NCBI GenBank assembly: GCA_035463715.1
Contig: DATHSY010000091.1
Span: 1-36,696, forward strand
Reading direction: 5' to 3'
Source: Actinomycetota bacterium
GTDB taxonomy: Bacteria > Actinomycetota > UBA4738 > HRBIN12
DNA length: 36,696 bases
Position 1 is the stretch's first letter. Every line of letters begins with the position of its first letter. Made by a program: the position numbers and the translations under genes. The notes under the pieces were generated by a model. It was not told the origin of the DNA. It saw nothing but the letters and a program-made list of their open reading frames with translations, and searched no databases. This document shows, piece after piece, positions 8,901 through 22,359 of this stretch.

Positions 8901-9191
8901 GGGGTTGGCGGGTCGGCCGAACGTCGACCCCGTCGCAGCGACCTGCGACGGGTCCGAGACCCAGCCGTTCGGTTCGGATCCCGTCCCGGCCGCAGGCGGC
9001 TCGGTCGCATCGGTCGACGACGGCGTGGGCCAGGACGCGCCGAGACCCTCCTCGGGCGCTGCCTCGTCCTCGTCCCCGGCGGACTGCTCGAGCTCGCTCC
9101 GGCGGCGTTCGGCGAGCGCGCGGAGGCTCCGGTACCAGTCCTCCTCGTACGCCTGAGTGGACTCTTCGTTCGTCACCCGTGCGTCGTTCAC
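5934..9191 (-). CDS. Large HEAT-repeat (PBS-lyase-type HEAT-like) protein with acidic Pro/Glu-rich disordered N-terminal third
   Basis: About 800 C-terminal residues carry repeated units such as [51 protein letters not shown] and [19 protein letters not shown]-terminal ~290 aa are low complexity ([19 protein letters not shown]). GTG start at 9191 has GAGGAGG 8 nt upstream. No signal peptide or TM segment seen. Confidence 0.85.
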   Translation of the reverse strand: MNDARVTNEESTQAYEEDWYRSLRALAERRRSELEQSAGDEDEAAPEEGLGASWPTPSSTDATEPPAAGTGSEPNGWVSDPSQVAATGSTFGRPANPFVPAERFGNIPEPPAGTIPDGSESDIPADLAALSKPVERTTVERETVEPRTVEPAATEAVSDPVAAPFDPSSAPPASPTIHELFPPADATWAEADVTPSVIEPEPESAIEPESESESVIEPEPESEPVSEAEPVVAQMAVPLADSTAQPAPAPAPAPAPAPDAAPEPAPALDAAPEPVMPSLLSRDPAERREALLALADHEPSLDEFEATASLMLDPDAEIRTLALKTLARYPDRLQSATIRQALHDPADDVRALAVRVAASRGPRDAGMLMPLVGARRWPDTQKAVLEILPAVLVLAAPEAEELDPLLSAVAEIDPPLEVWERQGLAKLADAIGTSMLIDAMTLPDMRRLGAVRLLAGDPSHTVREALAARAGDPIEEIRETGSAASRELARLAAPPEPKSEPVPEPGAGAEADAQPEPEPEPEPERKKDIAALARSVRDAAPEEVESALFDLSQIPRTEAAEWGREQLASSDPEAIVLVAAVAVVLGLHEIGTELLERTSGLSVERRRTVIDALAEFPDPGELAGALRTVAPDKRPDAVHVVWQALGTRVSPQLRSLLVDPSIEVRVAVVDVLGQSGDPASVEAVGGLVSSDASPEVRSAAVRAIAKAGAEIDNVARALQDVDADVRAAAIQHMPGDPADRVGPILAEALADADEKVRHAAMERLAGVSATHRTLAWSALRECRPDERHALLEAFTKNDQSVIVDIAFEHLYSTDEDERALAIEAVGWGATQACVESAIRVLGDPSALVRRAAVDALGRLRDRSAVAALGKTLGDPDPEVRSGAVRALGVIDDEGVLSYLVAALKDPEQSVRETASHVLTEWSSPAVAKRLAGVLTVPSLRDSAADLLMRIGPTSVELLIDVLRQGSPGLRGTVGPLLNSLVGVDEFIRRMESVEPERRSRAAEALGAIGGPDAVDTLVAALSDPDEHVRLRAAQLLGDIGNARAAEAVSRLLDDPVPEVAAAAREALEAGLDRRGDEGETYGHGS
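8369..8428. repeat. 30-nt imperfect tandem duplication inside the HEAT gene, running into GCNGGC hexamer repeats
   Basis: CCGGCTCCGGCGCAGCGTCGAGCGCAGGCG (8369-8398) versus CCGGCTCCGGCGCAGCGTCGGGTGCAGGCG (8399-8428). Encodes DAAPEPAP-type and (PA)n peptide on the minus strand. Confidence 0.8.
8519..8606. repeat. Imperfect 24-30-nt tandem repeats inside the HEAT gene
   Basis: GGCTCGATG(A/G)CCGACTCC units start at 8539, 8569 and 8593. Minus-strand peptide [29 protein letters not shown] further (GGTTC[C/G])n run at about 7619-7650 encodes [10 protein letters not shown]. Confidence 0.8.
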
Positions 9192-9264
9192 GTTCCCGCC
9201 CTCCTCGCGCGCCGCGTTGGGTGCGCGGTTCCCGATCCGCCGAGCTCGGTCGTGCCCTCGTGCA

Positions 9265-9969
9265 TCAGTCGGCGCCGCCCTGGGGGCCGCCGACGACGCT
9301 CATGTCGATCGGGTATCGCCCAGGGCCGATGCCCATCGACACCGCCGCCATGGCGGCCTGGGTCCGGTTGCTGACGCCGAGCTTTCGGAAGACCGCGGCG
9401 AGGTGCGCCTTCACCGTCTTCTCCGACAGGAAGAGCGACCGCGAGATGTCGCGGTTGCTCTTGCCCTCTGCCAGGAGCGCCAGGATGTCCGTCTCGCGCT
9501 GCGTCAGGTTCGACGCAGGGCGCTGCTGCGCGTCGCCCCGCTCGTCGCTCGACGACTCGATCGACTCGAACAGGTTCTGGATCACCTTCGGGGACAGCAC
9601 GTTGCCGCCTCCCGACATCGCGACCTTGATGGCCTGCTGGAGGTCGTCCGGCGTCGCGTCCTTCAGCAGGTAGCCTGCGGCACCCTCGGCGAGCGCGCGT
9701 CGCACGTAGTTCGCGTGGTCGAAGGTCGTCAGCATGATGACGGGACAGTCCGGCCATCTCGTCCGAAGCTCGTGGAGCAGATCGAGCCCGTCCATGTCGG
9801 GCATGCGAACGTCGACGAGCGCGATCTCTACGCCTCCCGACTGCATCACGGCCGTCGCCTCGGCGGCGCTGCCGGCCTCGATCACGTCCGCCTCGCTGAA
9901 GCACTCGCGGACGACGTGCGCCATGCCACGGCGAACGAGCGCATGGTCGTCGACGATCATGATCTTCAC
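9265..9969 (-). CDS. Two-component response regulator, NarL/LuxR family
   Basis: Receiver residues MIVDDH, LVDVRMPDMDG, MLTTF, GYLLKD. C-terminal LuxR HTH (LTQRETDILALLAEGKSNRDISRSLFLSEKTVKAHLAAVFRKLGVSNRTQA). The GTG start overlaps the kinase TGA stop (GTGA). ATG at 9960 is an alternative start. Confidence 0.88.
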   Translation of the reverse strand: MKIMIVDDHALVRRGMAHVVRECFSEADVIEAGSAAEATAVMQSGGVEIALVDVRMPDMDGLDLLHELRTRWPDCPVIMLTTFDHANYVRRALAEGAAGYLLKDATPDDLQQAIKVAMSGGGNVLSPKVIQNLFESIESSSDERGDAQQRPASNLTQRETDILALLAEGKSNRDISRSLFLSEKTVKAHLAAVFRKLGVSNRTQAAMAAVSMGIGPGRYPIDMSVVGGPQGGAD

Positions 9970-10928
9970 GTCATGTCTCCTTTGCCGACGGGCAGCCGGG
10001 CAACGACGCGGGTCCCGCGTCCCGGCTCGGACTCGATGTCGAGCGTTCCGTGCACCTCCGCAACGCGGCGGCGCATCATCTCCAAGCCGAGGTGCCCGGC
10101 GTGCAGGCCCGTCTCTTCGGGACGGAACCCGTTCCCGCGATCCTCGACGTACACCTCCATCGCTTGCGGCGAGGCGTGGATCCGCACCGCGACGTCGCGC
10201 GATGACGAATGCTTGGCGGCGTTCGCGACGCCCTCGCGGATCACCGACGAGGCCGCCTCGAGGACGGAGCGCGGGACGGCGCTGAGGTCGCCCTCGACCG
10301 ACCACTCGGCCGGGAGCTGCCACCGCGCCGCGACCATCTGCACCAGCTCGTCGATCCCATCCGCGCGTTCCTCGGGCTCGCTCGGCGTGACGACGGCGAG
10401 CATCCCGCGGATCTCCTCGAGGGCCTTGCGGAGCTCGCGCGCCGCTTCGTCGAGGGCCTCGATCGCCCTGGCCGGCTCCATCTCAGCCTTGCGGGCGAGC
10501 CATTCGAGGTCCAGCACGGCGGCGGTCACGACCTGTGTGAGACCGTCGTGGATCGCGTAGGCCCACTTCGTCCGGTCACGGGCGAGGGGGTCCTCGGGTG
10601 CCATGCCTCCCCCTGGAGGGGGGGCGAGGACGTCGTCGCCGAGCGCGAGCGACTCGAGGAGCGAACGCAGCGCCGGCTCGATCCCTCGCGAGGAGCCGGG
10701 GGGCAGGCGCCCGAAGACGACGTCCGACCGATGCACGGTCACGACCCACCCGTCGACCCGACCCTCGAGGACGTCGTCGACGTTCATCGGCAGCGTCGGG
10801 GATCCCGGCCTCGCCCACCATGAGATGCGGCGCGGGTCGCCCCCGCGCGCGATGCCGACGGCGTCGAGGCGCAGGAGCTCCGCCAGCCTCCGGCACTCCC
10901 CCGAGTCTCGCTCGATCGTGGTTTCCAC
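9966..10928 (-). CDS. Soluble histidine kinase, HisKA_3/NarL-type, with unassigned ~110-aa N-terminal domain
   Basis: H-box AIHDGLTQ, N-box REGVANAAKHS, G1 VEDRGNGF, G2 GHLGLEMM. No hydrophobic TM segment. Start placed at GTG 10928 (GAGGAG 4-5 nt upstream). The open frame continues to 11327, but that part is Arg/Pro-rich and overlaps the neighbouring gene, so the start is uncertain. Confidence 0.75.
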   Translation of the reverse strand: METTIERDSGECRRLAELLRLDAVGIARGGDPRRISWWARPGSPTLPMNVDDVLEGRVDGWVVTVHRSDVVFGRLPPGSSRGIEPALRSLLESLALGDDVLAPPPGGGMAPEDPLARDRTKWAYAIHDGLTQVVTAAVLDLEWLARKAEMEPARAIEALDEAARELRKALEEIRGMLAVVTPSEPEERADGIDELVQMVAARWQLPAEWSVEGDLSAVPRSVLEAASSVIREGVANAAKHSSSRDVAVRIHASPQAMEVYVEDRGNGFRPEETGLHAGHLGLEMMRRRVAEVHGTLDIESEPGRGTRVVARLPVGKGDMT

Positions 10929-11163
10929 GGTCTCCTCGTCGTCCCGCCGGCACGGCTCGCCGTGCCGCCTGCCTCTCGCGGCCGAGGACGGCACGGCACG
11001 GCCCGGTACCCCGTTCGGTCTAGTTCTTCCTTCGGACGGACCGGGCGGTCTCTTGAACCGAGCGGAGGCCCGCAGGCCCACGGGGCGGGCAAGATGGGTG
11101 GGGAGGCGTGCGTAGCCTCGGCCAAGCGCCGAGATGGCGCCGGAACGGGTGAGGACGAACGAT

Positions 11164-13164
11164 CTACCGGTCCGGCGGAAGGACCGAGCGCGCCAGCGTC
11201 TGTGCGACGTCCTCGACGACCGGGCCGCCGCGTGCCTTCGCGCCGTCGTCGAGCATGACCAGACAGTACGGGCAGGCGACGCCGACGGTATCGGCTCCGG
11301 TCGCGACGGCCTCGTCCATCCGCTCATCGCTCACGCGCTTGCCGATCCGCTCCTCCATCCACATCCGGGAGCCGCCGGCTCCGCAGCAGAAGCCGCGCTC
11401 CCGGTGCCGCGGCATCTCGACGGTCCGCAGCCCCGGCACCGCATCCAGGGCCGAGCGCGGAGCGTCGTAGACGCCGTTGTGCCGCCCGAGGTAGCACGGG
11501 TCGTGGTACGCGAGGAGCGTCGAGAGCTCACCCCTCGGCCGCAGGCGGCCAGAGGCCACCAGCTCGGCCAGGAGCTCTGTGTGGTGGATCACCTCGAAGC
11601 GCCCGCCGTAGTCCGGATACTCGTTCGACAGCGTGTTGAAGCAGTGCGGGCAGCTCGCGACGATCCTCGTCGCGCCCGCACCGTTCAGCGTCTCGACGTT
11701 CTGCTCCGCCAGGGTCTGGAAGAGGTACTCGTTGCCCATGCGCCTGGCCGGATCGCCGGTGCAGAGCTCGCGCGGTCCGAGCATCGCGAACCGTATGCTT
11801 GCCTCCCGCAGGAGCTCGGCGAACACCCGCGAAACCTTGCTCGCCCGCTCGTCGAACGACCCCGCGCAGCCCACCCAGAACAGGTACTCGGGCGGGTCGT
11901 CGCCCTCGGCCAGGACCTCGACACCCAGCCCCTCGGCCCAGGCCGCGCGCTCGGTCTGCGGCCGGCCCCACGGGTTATTCGTGGTCTCCAGGTTCCGCAG
12001 CAGCGCCCCCGCCTCGGCCGGGAAGGCCGACTCCCCCATCACCAGGTTCCGCCGGATGTCGACGATGTGATCGATGTGCTCGATGTCGACCGGACATTCC
12101 CGCACGCACGCGCCGCAGGTCGTGCAGGACCACACGACCTCGGGATCGATCACGTCGGGGACGAGCGGCTCCGCCTCCACCGCTCCGGGGCCGTCGGTGT
12201 GCTCGTCCAGGAGCCGCGGCCCGCGCTCGAACAGGTGGTCGCGCAGGTTCATGATCAGCAGCTTCGGCGACAGCGGCTTGCCGGTGTTCCACGCCGGACA
12301 GGCCGCCTGACACCGCCCGCATTCTGTGCAGGCGTATAGATCGAGCAGCTCCTTCCGCGTGAGGTCCGAGACCGACGCCGCGCCCAGCGTCATGTCGGCT
12401 TCCGCCGATCCGAGGTCGATCCTGAGCGGCGTGAGGTAACCGCCCGGCTTCGTGTTGGCCAGGAACACGTTCACGAAGCTCGTGACGATGTGCAGATGCT
12501 TCGAGTACGGGATGTAGACGAGGAACCCGAATACCAGCGCGAGGTGCCCCCATAGGAACACGGCATCGAACGCGGCCAGCGCCGTGTGGCTCATCGGCCG
12601 GAAGGGTCCGGCAACCCCGTTCGAGAGCGGTGTCCAGGCCGCCGGCGCCTCCGCGATGCCCTGGGCGATCCGGACGGCGTTCGAGCAGAGCAGCGTCAGG
12701 ATGATGCCGAAGATCCAGACCAGGATCAGATCCGCCTCCTGGAGGTGGCTGCCCACGAACCGCTCGGGCCGCTCGACCTTGCGGATCCACAGCGCCGTGG
12801 CGATCCCGAGCACCACGAGCCCGGCGAAGATGTCCTGAACCAGTCCGAGCCAACCCGACCGGCCGACCAGCGGGAGGGCGAAGTCCGGGTTGACCGCTTG
12901 CCCAAGGGTCTCGGCGATCGTCGTCAGCAGGACCAGGAAGCCCCAGAAGATGAACGCGTGCATCAGCCCGGGTATCAGGCGCTGCAGGAGCTTGCGCTGG
13001 CCGAGGACGACGATCCCCTCCCGGGCCACCCTCACGGGAAGGTCGCCGAAGCGGTCGACCGGCCGGCCCAGACGCACCAGCCGGTAGAGGAACCTGGTGC
13101 GCCGGGCGAATAGCCCGGTCGCCGTGGCGAACAGGAGCGCGAGCACGGCAGCCCGTACCAGCAC
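11164..13164 (-). CDS. Membrane-anchored (Fe-S)-binding oxidoreductase, HdrD/GlpC-like with NarI/DsrM-like N-terminal domain
   Basis: N-terminal ~230 aa hold multiple hydrophobic helices with conserved His (MHAFIFWGF, YSKHLHIV). Two 4Fe-4S ferredoxin motifs (CTECGRCQAACP, CTTCGACVRECP). Cys-rich CCG-type domains (SCPHC, DPCYLGR, FCCGAGG). Confidence 0.8.
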   Translation of the reverse strand: MLVRAAVLALLFATATGLFARRTRFLYRLVRLGRPVDRFGDLPVRVAREGIVVLGQRKLLQRLIPGLMHAFIFWGFLVLLTTIAETLGQAVNPDFALPLVGRSGWLGLVQDIFAGLVVLGIATALWIRKVERPERFVGSHLQEADLILVWIFGIILTLLCSNAVRIAQGIAEAPAAWTPLSNGVAGPFRPMSHTALAAFDAVFLWGHLALVFGFLVYIPYSKHLHIVTSFVNVFLANTKPGGYLTPLRIDLGSAEADMTLGAASVSDLTRKELLDLYACTECGRCQAACPAWNTGKPLSPKLLIMNLRDHLFERGPRLLDEHTDGPGAVEAEPLVPDVIDPEVVWSCTTCGACVRECPVDIEHIDHIVDIRRNLVMGESAFPAEAGALLRNLETTNNPWGRPQTERAAWAEGLGVEVLAEGDDPPEYLFWVGCAGSFDERASKVSRVFAELLREASIRFAMLGPRELCTGDPARRMGNEYLFQTLAEQNVETLNGAGATRIVASCPHCFNTLSNEYPDYGGRFEVIHHTELLAELVASGRLRPRGELSTLLAYHDPCYLGRHNGVYDAPRSALDAVPGLRTVEMPRHRERGFCCGAGGSRMWMEERIGKRVSDERMDEAVATGADTVGVACPYCLVMLDDGAKARGGPVVEDVAQTLARSVLPPDR

Positions 13165-13223
13165 GGCCGGAGTCTAAACCCCTCCGGCTGGCTCGTCGGC
13201 CGCGGCTCCCCCGAGGTGTAGAC

Positions 13224-13260
13224 CCTTAGCGTAGAGCACTCAGGTTTCTGCGCTCAGGAA
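13224..13260. promoter_or_regulatory. Candidate operator upstream of dnaK: degenerate HAIR-like inverted repeat plus ACTCAGG/GCTCAGG direct repeat
   Basis: CCTTAGC-GTAGAGC-ACTCAGG (13224-13244). The right arm matches the HspR HAIR half-site ACTCAAG at 6/7 positions, the left arm matches CTTGAGT at only 4/7. ACTCAGG-N7-GCTCAGG direct repeat ends 3 nt before the -35 box. Confidence 0.3.
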
Positions 13261-13290
13261 TTGACAGGAGAGCGCCGGTGTTCCTACCTT
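13261..13290 (+). promoter_or_regulatory. Putative sigma-A-type promoter of the dnaK operon
   Basis: TTGACA (13261-13266), 18-nt spacer, TACCTT (13285-13290, TANNNT). AGGAGG RBS lies before ATG 13327. Sequence-only prediction. Confidence 0.35.
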
Positions 13291-13326
13291 TGACCGGAGG
13301 GAACTAGCCAGCAGGAGGAGCGCCGC

Positions 13327-15180
<1,854 letters not shown>

Positions 15181-15627
15181 ATGATGCTCGAACGTTGGGA
15201 CCCGTTCCGCGACCTCATGTCGATCCAGAACGAGCTGAACCGACTCTTCGGCCGCACCTACGGGGGCGGCGAGTCCGGAACAGGGACGTCCGGTGGCTGG
15301 GTTCCTGCCCTGGACGTGTTCGAGACGCAGGACCGGTTCGTCGTGGCCGTCGAACTCCCGGGGATCGAACCCGCCGACGTTGAGGTCTCGGTTGAGGACT
15401 CGACGCTGACGATCAAGGGGCAGCGGGAGTTCTTCTACAAGGATGCGACCGACGAGTCCGTCCGCAGGATCGAGCGGCGCTACGGCCAGTTCACGCGGTC
15501 GCTGACGCTGCCGCAGACCGCGGACGCGGGCAAGATCGAGGCGTCGTTCGACAAGGGCGTCCTCACGATCTCGGTGCCGAAGCGTGAGGAGGCCAAGCCT
15601 CGGAAGATCACGGTGAAGGCCTCGTGA
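15181..15627 (+). CDS. Small heat-shock protein, Hsp20/alpha-crystallin family
   Basis: Alpha-crystallin domain (PALDVFETQDRFVVAVELPGIEPADVEVSVED...FTRSLTLP...ASFDKGVLTISVPK). ATG immediately abuts the dnaK TAG stop. Confidence 0.9.
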   Translation: MMLERWDPFRDLMSIQNELNRLFGRTYGGGESGTGTSGGWVPALDVFETQDRFVVAVELPGIEPADVEVSVEDSTLTIKGQREFFYKDATDESVRRIERRYGQFTRSLTLPQTADAGKIEASFDKGVLTISVPKREEAKPRKITVKAS

Positions 15628-16292
15628 CGGAGAAGGACCGCGTCGGACGCGACGAGCGCCACCCTCGTCACGAGGGTGAGGAGCGCCCGCGCGTGAAGGT
15701 GACGGACCGGCGTCGCGTGCACGCCGACGAGGGGGCGCCGGCCGCGGGAGCGGCCGGCGCGCCCGGTACCCCGACCGAAGGGGAGGCGTTCGTCGCCACC
15801 GGGCCGGCGTCGGCCCAGGCGGAGGACGCCCGGCGCGAGATCGCCGAGCTGCGGGACCACCTGCAGCGCCTGCAGGCCGAGTACGCGAACTACCGCAAGC
15901 GCGTCCTGCGCGAGCAGACGCAGGCGATCGAGATGGCGTCCGAGCCGCTCGTCCGCAAGCTCCTGGAGGTGCTCGACGACTTCGAGCTCGCGTTGATGGC
16001 CGCGGAGCAGAAGCCGGACTTCGAGAAGTTCCATCGCGGCGTCGAGCTCGTGTACGCGAAGCTGGTCGACACCCTTCGGTCGGAGGGCGTCGACCGGATC
16101 GACGCGGAGGGCAAGCCGTTCGACCCGGAGGAGCACGAGGCGTTGATGGGCACGACCGGATCCGACCGCGAGCCGGTCGTCACGGACGTCTTCCGCCAGG
16201 GATACAAGCTCCGCGGCCGCGTGATCCGCCCGGCCGGCGTTCGTGTCGGCCAGCCTCACGGGCCGTCGGACGAGTCCTCGGACGACTCTTAG
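15624..16292 (+). CDS. grpE: Nucleotide exchange factor GrpE
   Basis: [54 protein letters not shown] overlap with the hsp20 stop. Confidence 0.93.
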   Translation: MTEKDRVGRDERHPRHEGEERPRVKVTDRRRVHADEGAPAAGAAGAPGTPTEGEAFVATGPASAQAEDARREIAELRDHLQRLQAEYANYRKRVLREQTQAIEMASEPLVRKLLEVLDDFELALMAAEQKPDFEKFHRGVELVYAKLVDTLRSEGVDRIDAEGKPFDPEEHEALMGTTGSDREPVVTDVFRQGYKLRGRVIRPAGVRVGQPHGPSDESSDDS

Positions 16293-16302
16293 GGGGTCGC
16301 CC

Positions 16303-17469
16303 GTGAACGGCGACGTCCGGCGCGAGTGGTTCGAGAAGGACTACTACCAGGTCCTCGGTGTGGCGAAGAACGCCACGCAGGCCGAGATCAAGAAGGCCTA
16401 CCGCAAGCTCGCGCAGCGGTACCACCCGGACGCGAACCCGGGCGACGCCTCGGCCGAGGAGCGCTTCAAGGAGATCTCGGCGGCGTACGACATCATCGGC
16501 GACGAGGACAAGCGCAAGCAGTACGACCAGGTCCGCGACATGGCAGCCGCGGGGTTCGGCGGCGGCGGCTTCCCAGGCGGTGCGGGCGGTGCGGGCGGCG
16601 GCTTCCCGGGCGGCGGCTTCCCGGGCGGCGGCCGCGTCCGCTTCGAGGACTTCGACATCGGGGACCTCGGTGATCTGTTCGGCGCGGTCACCGGCCGCGG
16701 TGGCCGTGGCGGCGCACGCCGGGCGGCCCGCGGTTCGGACCTGGAGACGAGCGTGCGCATCAGCTTCGACGACGCGATGCGCGGCACCACCGTGCCGGTC
16801 CGGCTCGACGGGCCCGCGCCGTGCCCCAGGTGCGGCGGCAACGGTGCCGAGCCGGGGACGTCGCCGATCACGTGTCCGCAGTGCGGCGGCGCCGGCCAGA
16901 TCCAGGCGAACCAGGGGCTCTTCGCGGTCGCGCAGACGTGCCCGACCTGTCACGGCTCGGGGCGGGTCGTGCAGACGCCGTGCACCGAGTGCCACGGATC
17001 GGGGAGCGTGCGTCGCACGCGGACGCTCCAGGTCAAGATCCCGGCCGGTGTGAAGGATGGCGCGCGGATCCGCCTGGCAGGCCGTGGCGAGCCGGGTCCC
17101 GCGGGGGCGAAGCCCGGCGACCTGTACGTGGCGGTCCACGTCGCGCCGCACGCGTTCTTCGGACGGAAGGCGAACGACCTCACGGTCGAGCTGCCGATCA
17201 CGTTCGCGGAGGCGACGCTCGGCGCGAACGTCGACGTGCCGACCTTGAACGGCCCGGTGAAGCTGAAGGTCCCCGCCGGGACGCGATCCGGCCAGACGTT
17301 CCGGGTGAAGGGCAAGGGAGCGCCGCGCAAGGGCGGGCACGGCGATCTGCTCGTGACCGTGCGGGTCGAGGTCCCGCGGAAGCTGTCGCGGGAGGAGCGC
17401 GAGCTCCTGAAGCAGTTGAGGGAGCTCGAGAAGGACTCGCCGCGCCGGCACCTCGGCGTGGACGCATAG
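16303..17469 (+). CDS. dnaJ: Co-chaperone DnaJ
   Basis: J domain (DYYQVLGV...[16 protein letters not shown]), G/F-rich linker, four CxxCxGxG zinc-finger repeats. Start placed at GTG 16303 (AGGGGG upstream), not the track start at 16243, which overlaps grpE. Confidence 0.93.
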   Translation: MNGDVRREWFEKDYYQVLGVAKNATQAEIKKAYRKLAQRYHPDANPGDASAEERFKEISAAYDIIGDEDKRKQYDQVRDMAAAGFGGGGFPGGAGGAGGGFPGGGFPGGGRVRFEDFDIGDLGDLFGAVTGRGGRGGARRAARGSDLETSVRISFDDAMRGTTVPVRLDGPAPCPRCGGNGAEPGTSPITCPQCGGAGQIQANQGLFAVAQTCPTCHGSGRVVQTPCTECHGSGSVRRTRTLQVKIPAGVKDGARIRLAGRGEPGPAGAKPGDLYVAVHVAPHAFFGRKANDLTVELPITFAEATLGANVDVPTLNGPVKLKVPAGTRSGQTFRVKGKGAPRKGGHGDLLVTVRVEVPRKLSREERELLKQLRELEKDSPRRHLGVDA

Positions 17470-17477
17470 GAGGGGAG

Positions 17478-17885
17478 ATGGCAGACAAGAAAGCGGAGGT
17501 GGGCGACGACCGGGCGGTGTACATCATCAGCGTCGCCGCGGAGCTCACCGGCGTACATCCGCAGACGCTCCGGATCTACGAACGCAAGGGGCTGCTGTCG
17601 CCGAAGCGCACGTCCGGCAACACACGCCGGTACTCCGAGCGCGACATCCGGCGGCTGCAGACGATCCAGGACCTGACGCAGAACGAAGGCGTCAACCTCG
17701 CGGGCGTCCGGATGATCATGGAGCTGGAGAACGAGGTCGAGCGGCTGCGGCGGCGCAACGATCATCTCGAGGCCGAGGTGCGCCGGCTGCGCCGGCGCCG
17801 TCCGGTGCCGCTCGGGCCGTCCTCAGCGTCCGTAGAGATCATGCCGCTCCGCACGGTCGTCTCCTTCCCCTGGGAAAGGACGTGA
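17478..17885 (+). CDS. hspR: Heat-shock transcriptional repressor HspR (MerR family)
   Basis: MerR-type [49 protein letters not shown], canonical position after dnaJ. GGAGGGGAG precedes ATG 17478. Confidence 0.9.
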   Translation: MADKKAEVGDDRAVYIISVAAELTGVHPQTLRIYERKGLLSPKRTSGNTRRYSERDIRRLQTIQDLTQNEGVNLAGVRMIMELENEVERLRRRNDHLEAEVRRLRRRRPVPLGPSSASVEIMPLRTVVSFPWERT

Positions 17886-17892
17886 CGAGGAC

Positions 17893-20478
<2,586 letters not shown>

Positions 20479-20487
20479 CCTCGACGC

Positions 20488-21231
20488 ATGCGAGGGTGGC
20501 CGCTCTACCTGAGCATCCTCGGCGGCGCGGTCGTCCTTGCCTTCGCGCTGAAGGCGCTCCCGCCGGGCGTCGTGATCGTGATCGCGTTGATCGCGATCGC
20601 CGCCGGCTCGATCCGGTATCGCCGCGTCGCCCGGCCGCCGAAGGAAAGCGTCACCGCCGTCGGGCTGGGGTTCGAACGAGCGGGAACGGACCCGTTCTCG
20701 CTCCTGTCGCTCCCACTGGCGCTGTTCGCGCGCGGGTCGGGTCAGACGATCTCGGATCTGATGTGGGGGAACTGGGGCGGGGTCGAGGCGAAGGTCTTCT
20801 CGGTCGGCTACACCGACGGGATGGGGACCCGCCGCCGGTTCACGTGCGCGCTCGTGCCGTCACCTACCGAAGACCTCGCGCTGGTGGTCGAGCCGAAGGT
20901 GTTCATGGTTCCCGATGCCGAGCGCGCCCCGATGCCCGAGGTGCACTTGGACGACGCGGCGTTCACCGACGCGTTCGACGTGCGGTCGGACGACCGGGAG
21001 CGCGCGATGCGGCTGCTCGATGAAACGCTGCGGGCACGCCTGCTGTCGCTGCGGGAGCGATGGGCGATGGAGCTCCGCGGGGGGATGCTGCTCATGTATT
21101 CGGCCGCCGAGGGGATCGACCCGCTCGAGTCGCTCGAGACCGTCTCCCTGCTCCGTCGGGTCCTGGCCGGTCCGGCCCCACCGACCCCGTCGGACGAGGC
21201 GGTGCCGCGAGAGGCCGATCCGCCGGGGTAG
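20488..21231 (+). CDS. Membrane-anchored protein of unknown function, paralog A (possibly DUF3137-like, from memory only)
   Basis: N-terminal hydrophobic helices (LYLSILGGAVVLAFALKALPPGVVIVIALIAIAAG). Shares a motif string with the 22591-23274 product: GLxFE..DPF..L..PxAL..RG.G......MWG.W, R(R)F(T/S)CA, (D/E)xFxxxFxV(R/K)SxD, LLD/LVD. Confidence 0.6.
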   Translation: MRGWPLYLSILGGAVVLAFALKALPPGVVIVIALIAIAAGSIRYRRVARPPKESVTAVGLGFERAGTDPFSLLSLPLALFARGSGQTISDLMWGNWGGVEAKVFSVGYTDGMGTRRRFTCALVPSPTEDLALVVEPKVFMVPDAERAPMPEVHLDDAAFTDAFDVRSDDRERAMRLLDETLRARLLSLRERWAMELRGGMLLMYSAAEGIDPLESLETVSLLRRVLAGPAPPTPSDEAVPREADPPG

Positions 21232-21241
21232 GCTTGCCCGG

Positions 21242-21688
21242 ATGCCCGAGCTCCCCGACCGTCCCGCCGACCGGCCCGCGGCGGCGCCGCCCCCGAAGAC
21301 GTTGCACCGCAGCCGGAGCCAGCGGATCGTCGCCGGCGTGTGCGGCGGCCTGGCGGAGTACCTCGGCGTCGACGTCGCGCTGATCCGCATCGTCTTCGTC
21401 GTGCTCGCGCTGGCCGGCGGTGGTGGGATCGTGATGTACGCGGTCGGGTGGATCCTGATCCCCGAGGAGCCGGAGGGGGCGTCGTCGGCCGCGCCCGGCT
21501 CGGGGACCGCTCCGCCCGTGACGGGGCTCGACTCGGCCAAGCTGATCCTCGGCGGCCTGTTGATCGCGATCGGCTCGATCCTGCTCGTCAACATGCTCGT
21601 GCCCGGTTTCGGGAAGTACTTCTGGCCGCTCGTCTTGATCGCGATCGGGTTCGCGATCATCGTCCAGGCATCGAGGAAGAGCACGTGA
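21242..21688 (+). CDS. PspC-domain membrane protein
   Basis: PspC signature LHRSRSQRIVAGVCGGLAEYLGVDVALIRIVFVVLALAGGGGIVMYAVGWILIPEE, followed by two further hydrophobic helices. ATG 21242 is in the 20915-21688 ORF frame. Confidence 0.85.
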   Translation: MPELPDRPADRPAAAPPPKTLHRSRSQRIVAGVCGGLAEYLGVDVALIRIVFVVLALAGGGGIVMYAVGWILIPEEPEGASSAAPGSGTAPPVTGLDSAKLILGGLLIAIGSILLVNMLVPGFGKYFWPLVLIAIGFAIIVQASRKST

Positions 21689-22359
21689 GCGAGCCCACCG
21701 GACAGCGTCCGCCGATCCCGCCGCAACGTCCGCGCCGGTCGGTGTGGGACACGTTCAATCCGGCTCGGCTGGTCTTCGGTCTGGTCCTCGCGGCGTTCGG
21801 CGTCATCTGGCTGCTCGATGTGTCGGATGTCGTCGATGTCGACCTCGACGTCGTCCTGCCGATCGGCCTCATCGTGGTCGGCGTCGCGCTGCTCGTGTCC
21901 GGCACGTCGGGACGCAGCGGTGGAGGGCTCTTCGGCCTCGGCGTCGTCCTGATCGTCATCCTCGTCCTCACGACGCTCGTCCGCGTCCCGTTCACCGGTG
22001 GTGTGGGCGATCGAACGGAGCGTCCTGCGAGGTTCGCCGACCGGACCTACGAGCTGGGCGTCGGCAAGCTCACCGTCGACCTCACCGCGTTCGCGTTCGA
22101 CGCCGAGACGGATCCGCTGTCGGCGGCGATCGAGGCGAACGTCGGGATCGGTCAACTCGTCGTCCTGCTCCCCGCCCGGTCCGAGGTCCCGTGCGTATCC
22201 GTCGATGCGCACGCCGGGATCGGCGAGGTCGTGGTGTTCGGCGAGTCCAGGGGCGGGCTGGGCCCGGACTATCAGACCCGGGACGTGTGCACGGGGCCGC
22301 CGGTCCCCGAGCTCGAGCTGTCGACCGGCATCGGGCAGGTGGAGGTCAGGCGTGTCTGA
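21685..22359 (+). CDS. LiaF-like / DUF2154-type (toastrack) membrane protein
   Basis: GTGA overlap with the pspC-domain gene. Has N-terminal TM helices. C-terminal repetitive beta pattern typical of the LiaF C-terminal domain (GVGKLTVDL..., NVGIGQLVVLLP, VDAHAGIGEVVVFGESRGGLG, LSTGIGQVEVRR). Confidence 0.6.
   Translation: MSEPTGQRPPIPPQRPRRSVWDTFNPARLVFGLVLAAFGVIWLLDVSDVVDVDLDVVLPIGLIVVGVALLVSGTSGRSGGGLFGLGVVLIVILVLTTLVRVPFTGGVGDRTERPARFADRTYELGVGKLTVDLTAFAFDAETDPLSAAIEANVGIGQLVVLLPARSEVPCVSVDAHAGIGEVVVFGESRGGLGPDYQTRDVCTGPPVPELELSTGIGQVEVRRV

Noticed and set aside
6111-9374. 1087-aa plus-strand ORF, plus several 200-300-aa ORFs, antisense to the HEAT-repeat gene
   Set aside because: The translations are Arg/Gly/Pro/Asp low-complexity strings typical of stop-poor antisense frames in very GC-rich DNA. 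The minus-strand frame has clear HEAT repeats and a GAGGAGG-GTG start.
10929-11163. 235-nt gap between the Fe-S gene and the kinase, with a CGGCACGG-CTCG-CCGTGCCG hairpin (10947-10968) and GGCACGG repeats, considered as an sRNA or terminator
   Set aside because: No U-tract, no recognisable promoter, and no motif I can match to a known RNA family. The kinase start is itself uncertain, so part of the gap may be coding.
13224-13260. CIRCE (HrcA) element upstream of dnaK, suggested by TTAGC and GCACTC fragments
   Set aside because: No inverted right arm (GAGTGCTAA) is present 9 nt downstream. The operon encodes HspR, not HrcA, so a HAIR-type operator is the relevant expectation.
16555-16630. GGC/TTC-rich nucleotide repeats in dnaJ
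   Set aside because: They encode the normal G/F-rich linker of DnaJ ([27 protein letters not shown]). This is expected low complexity.
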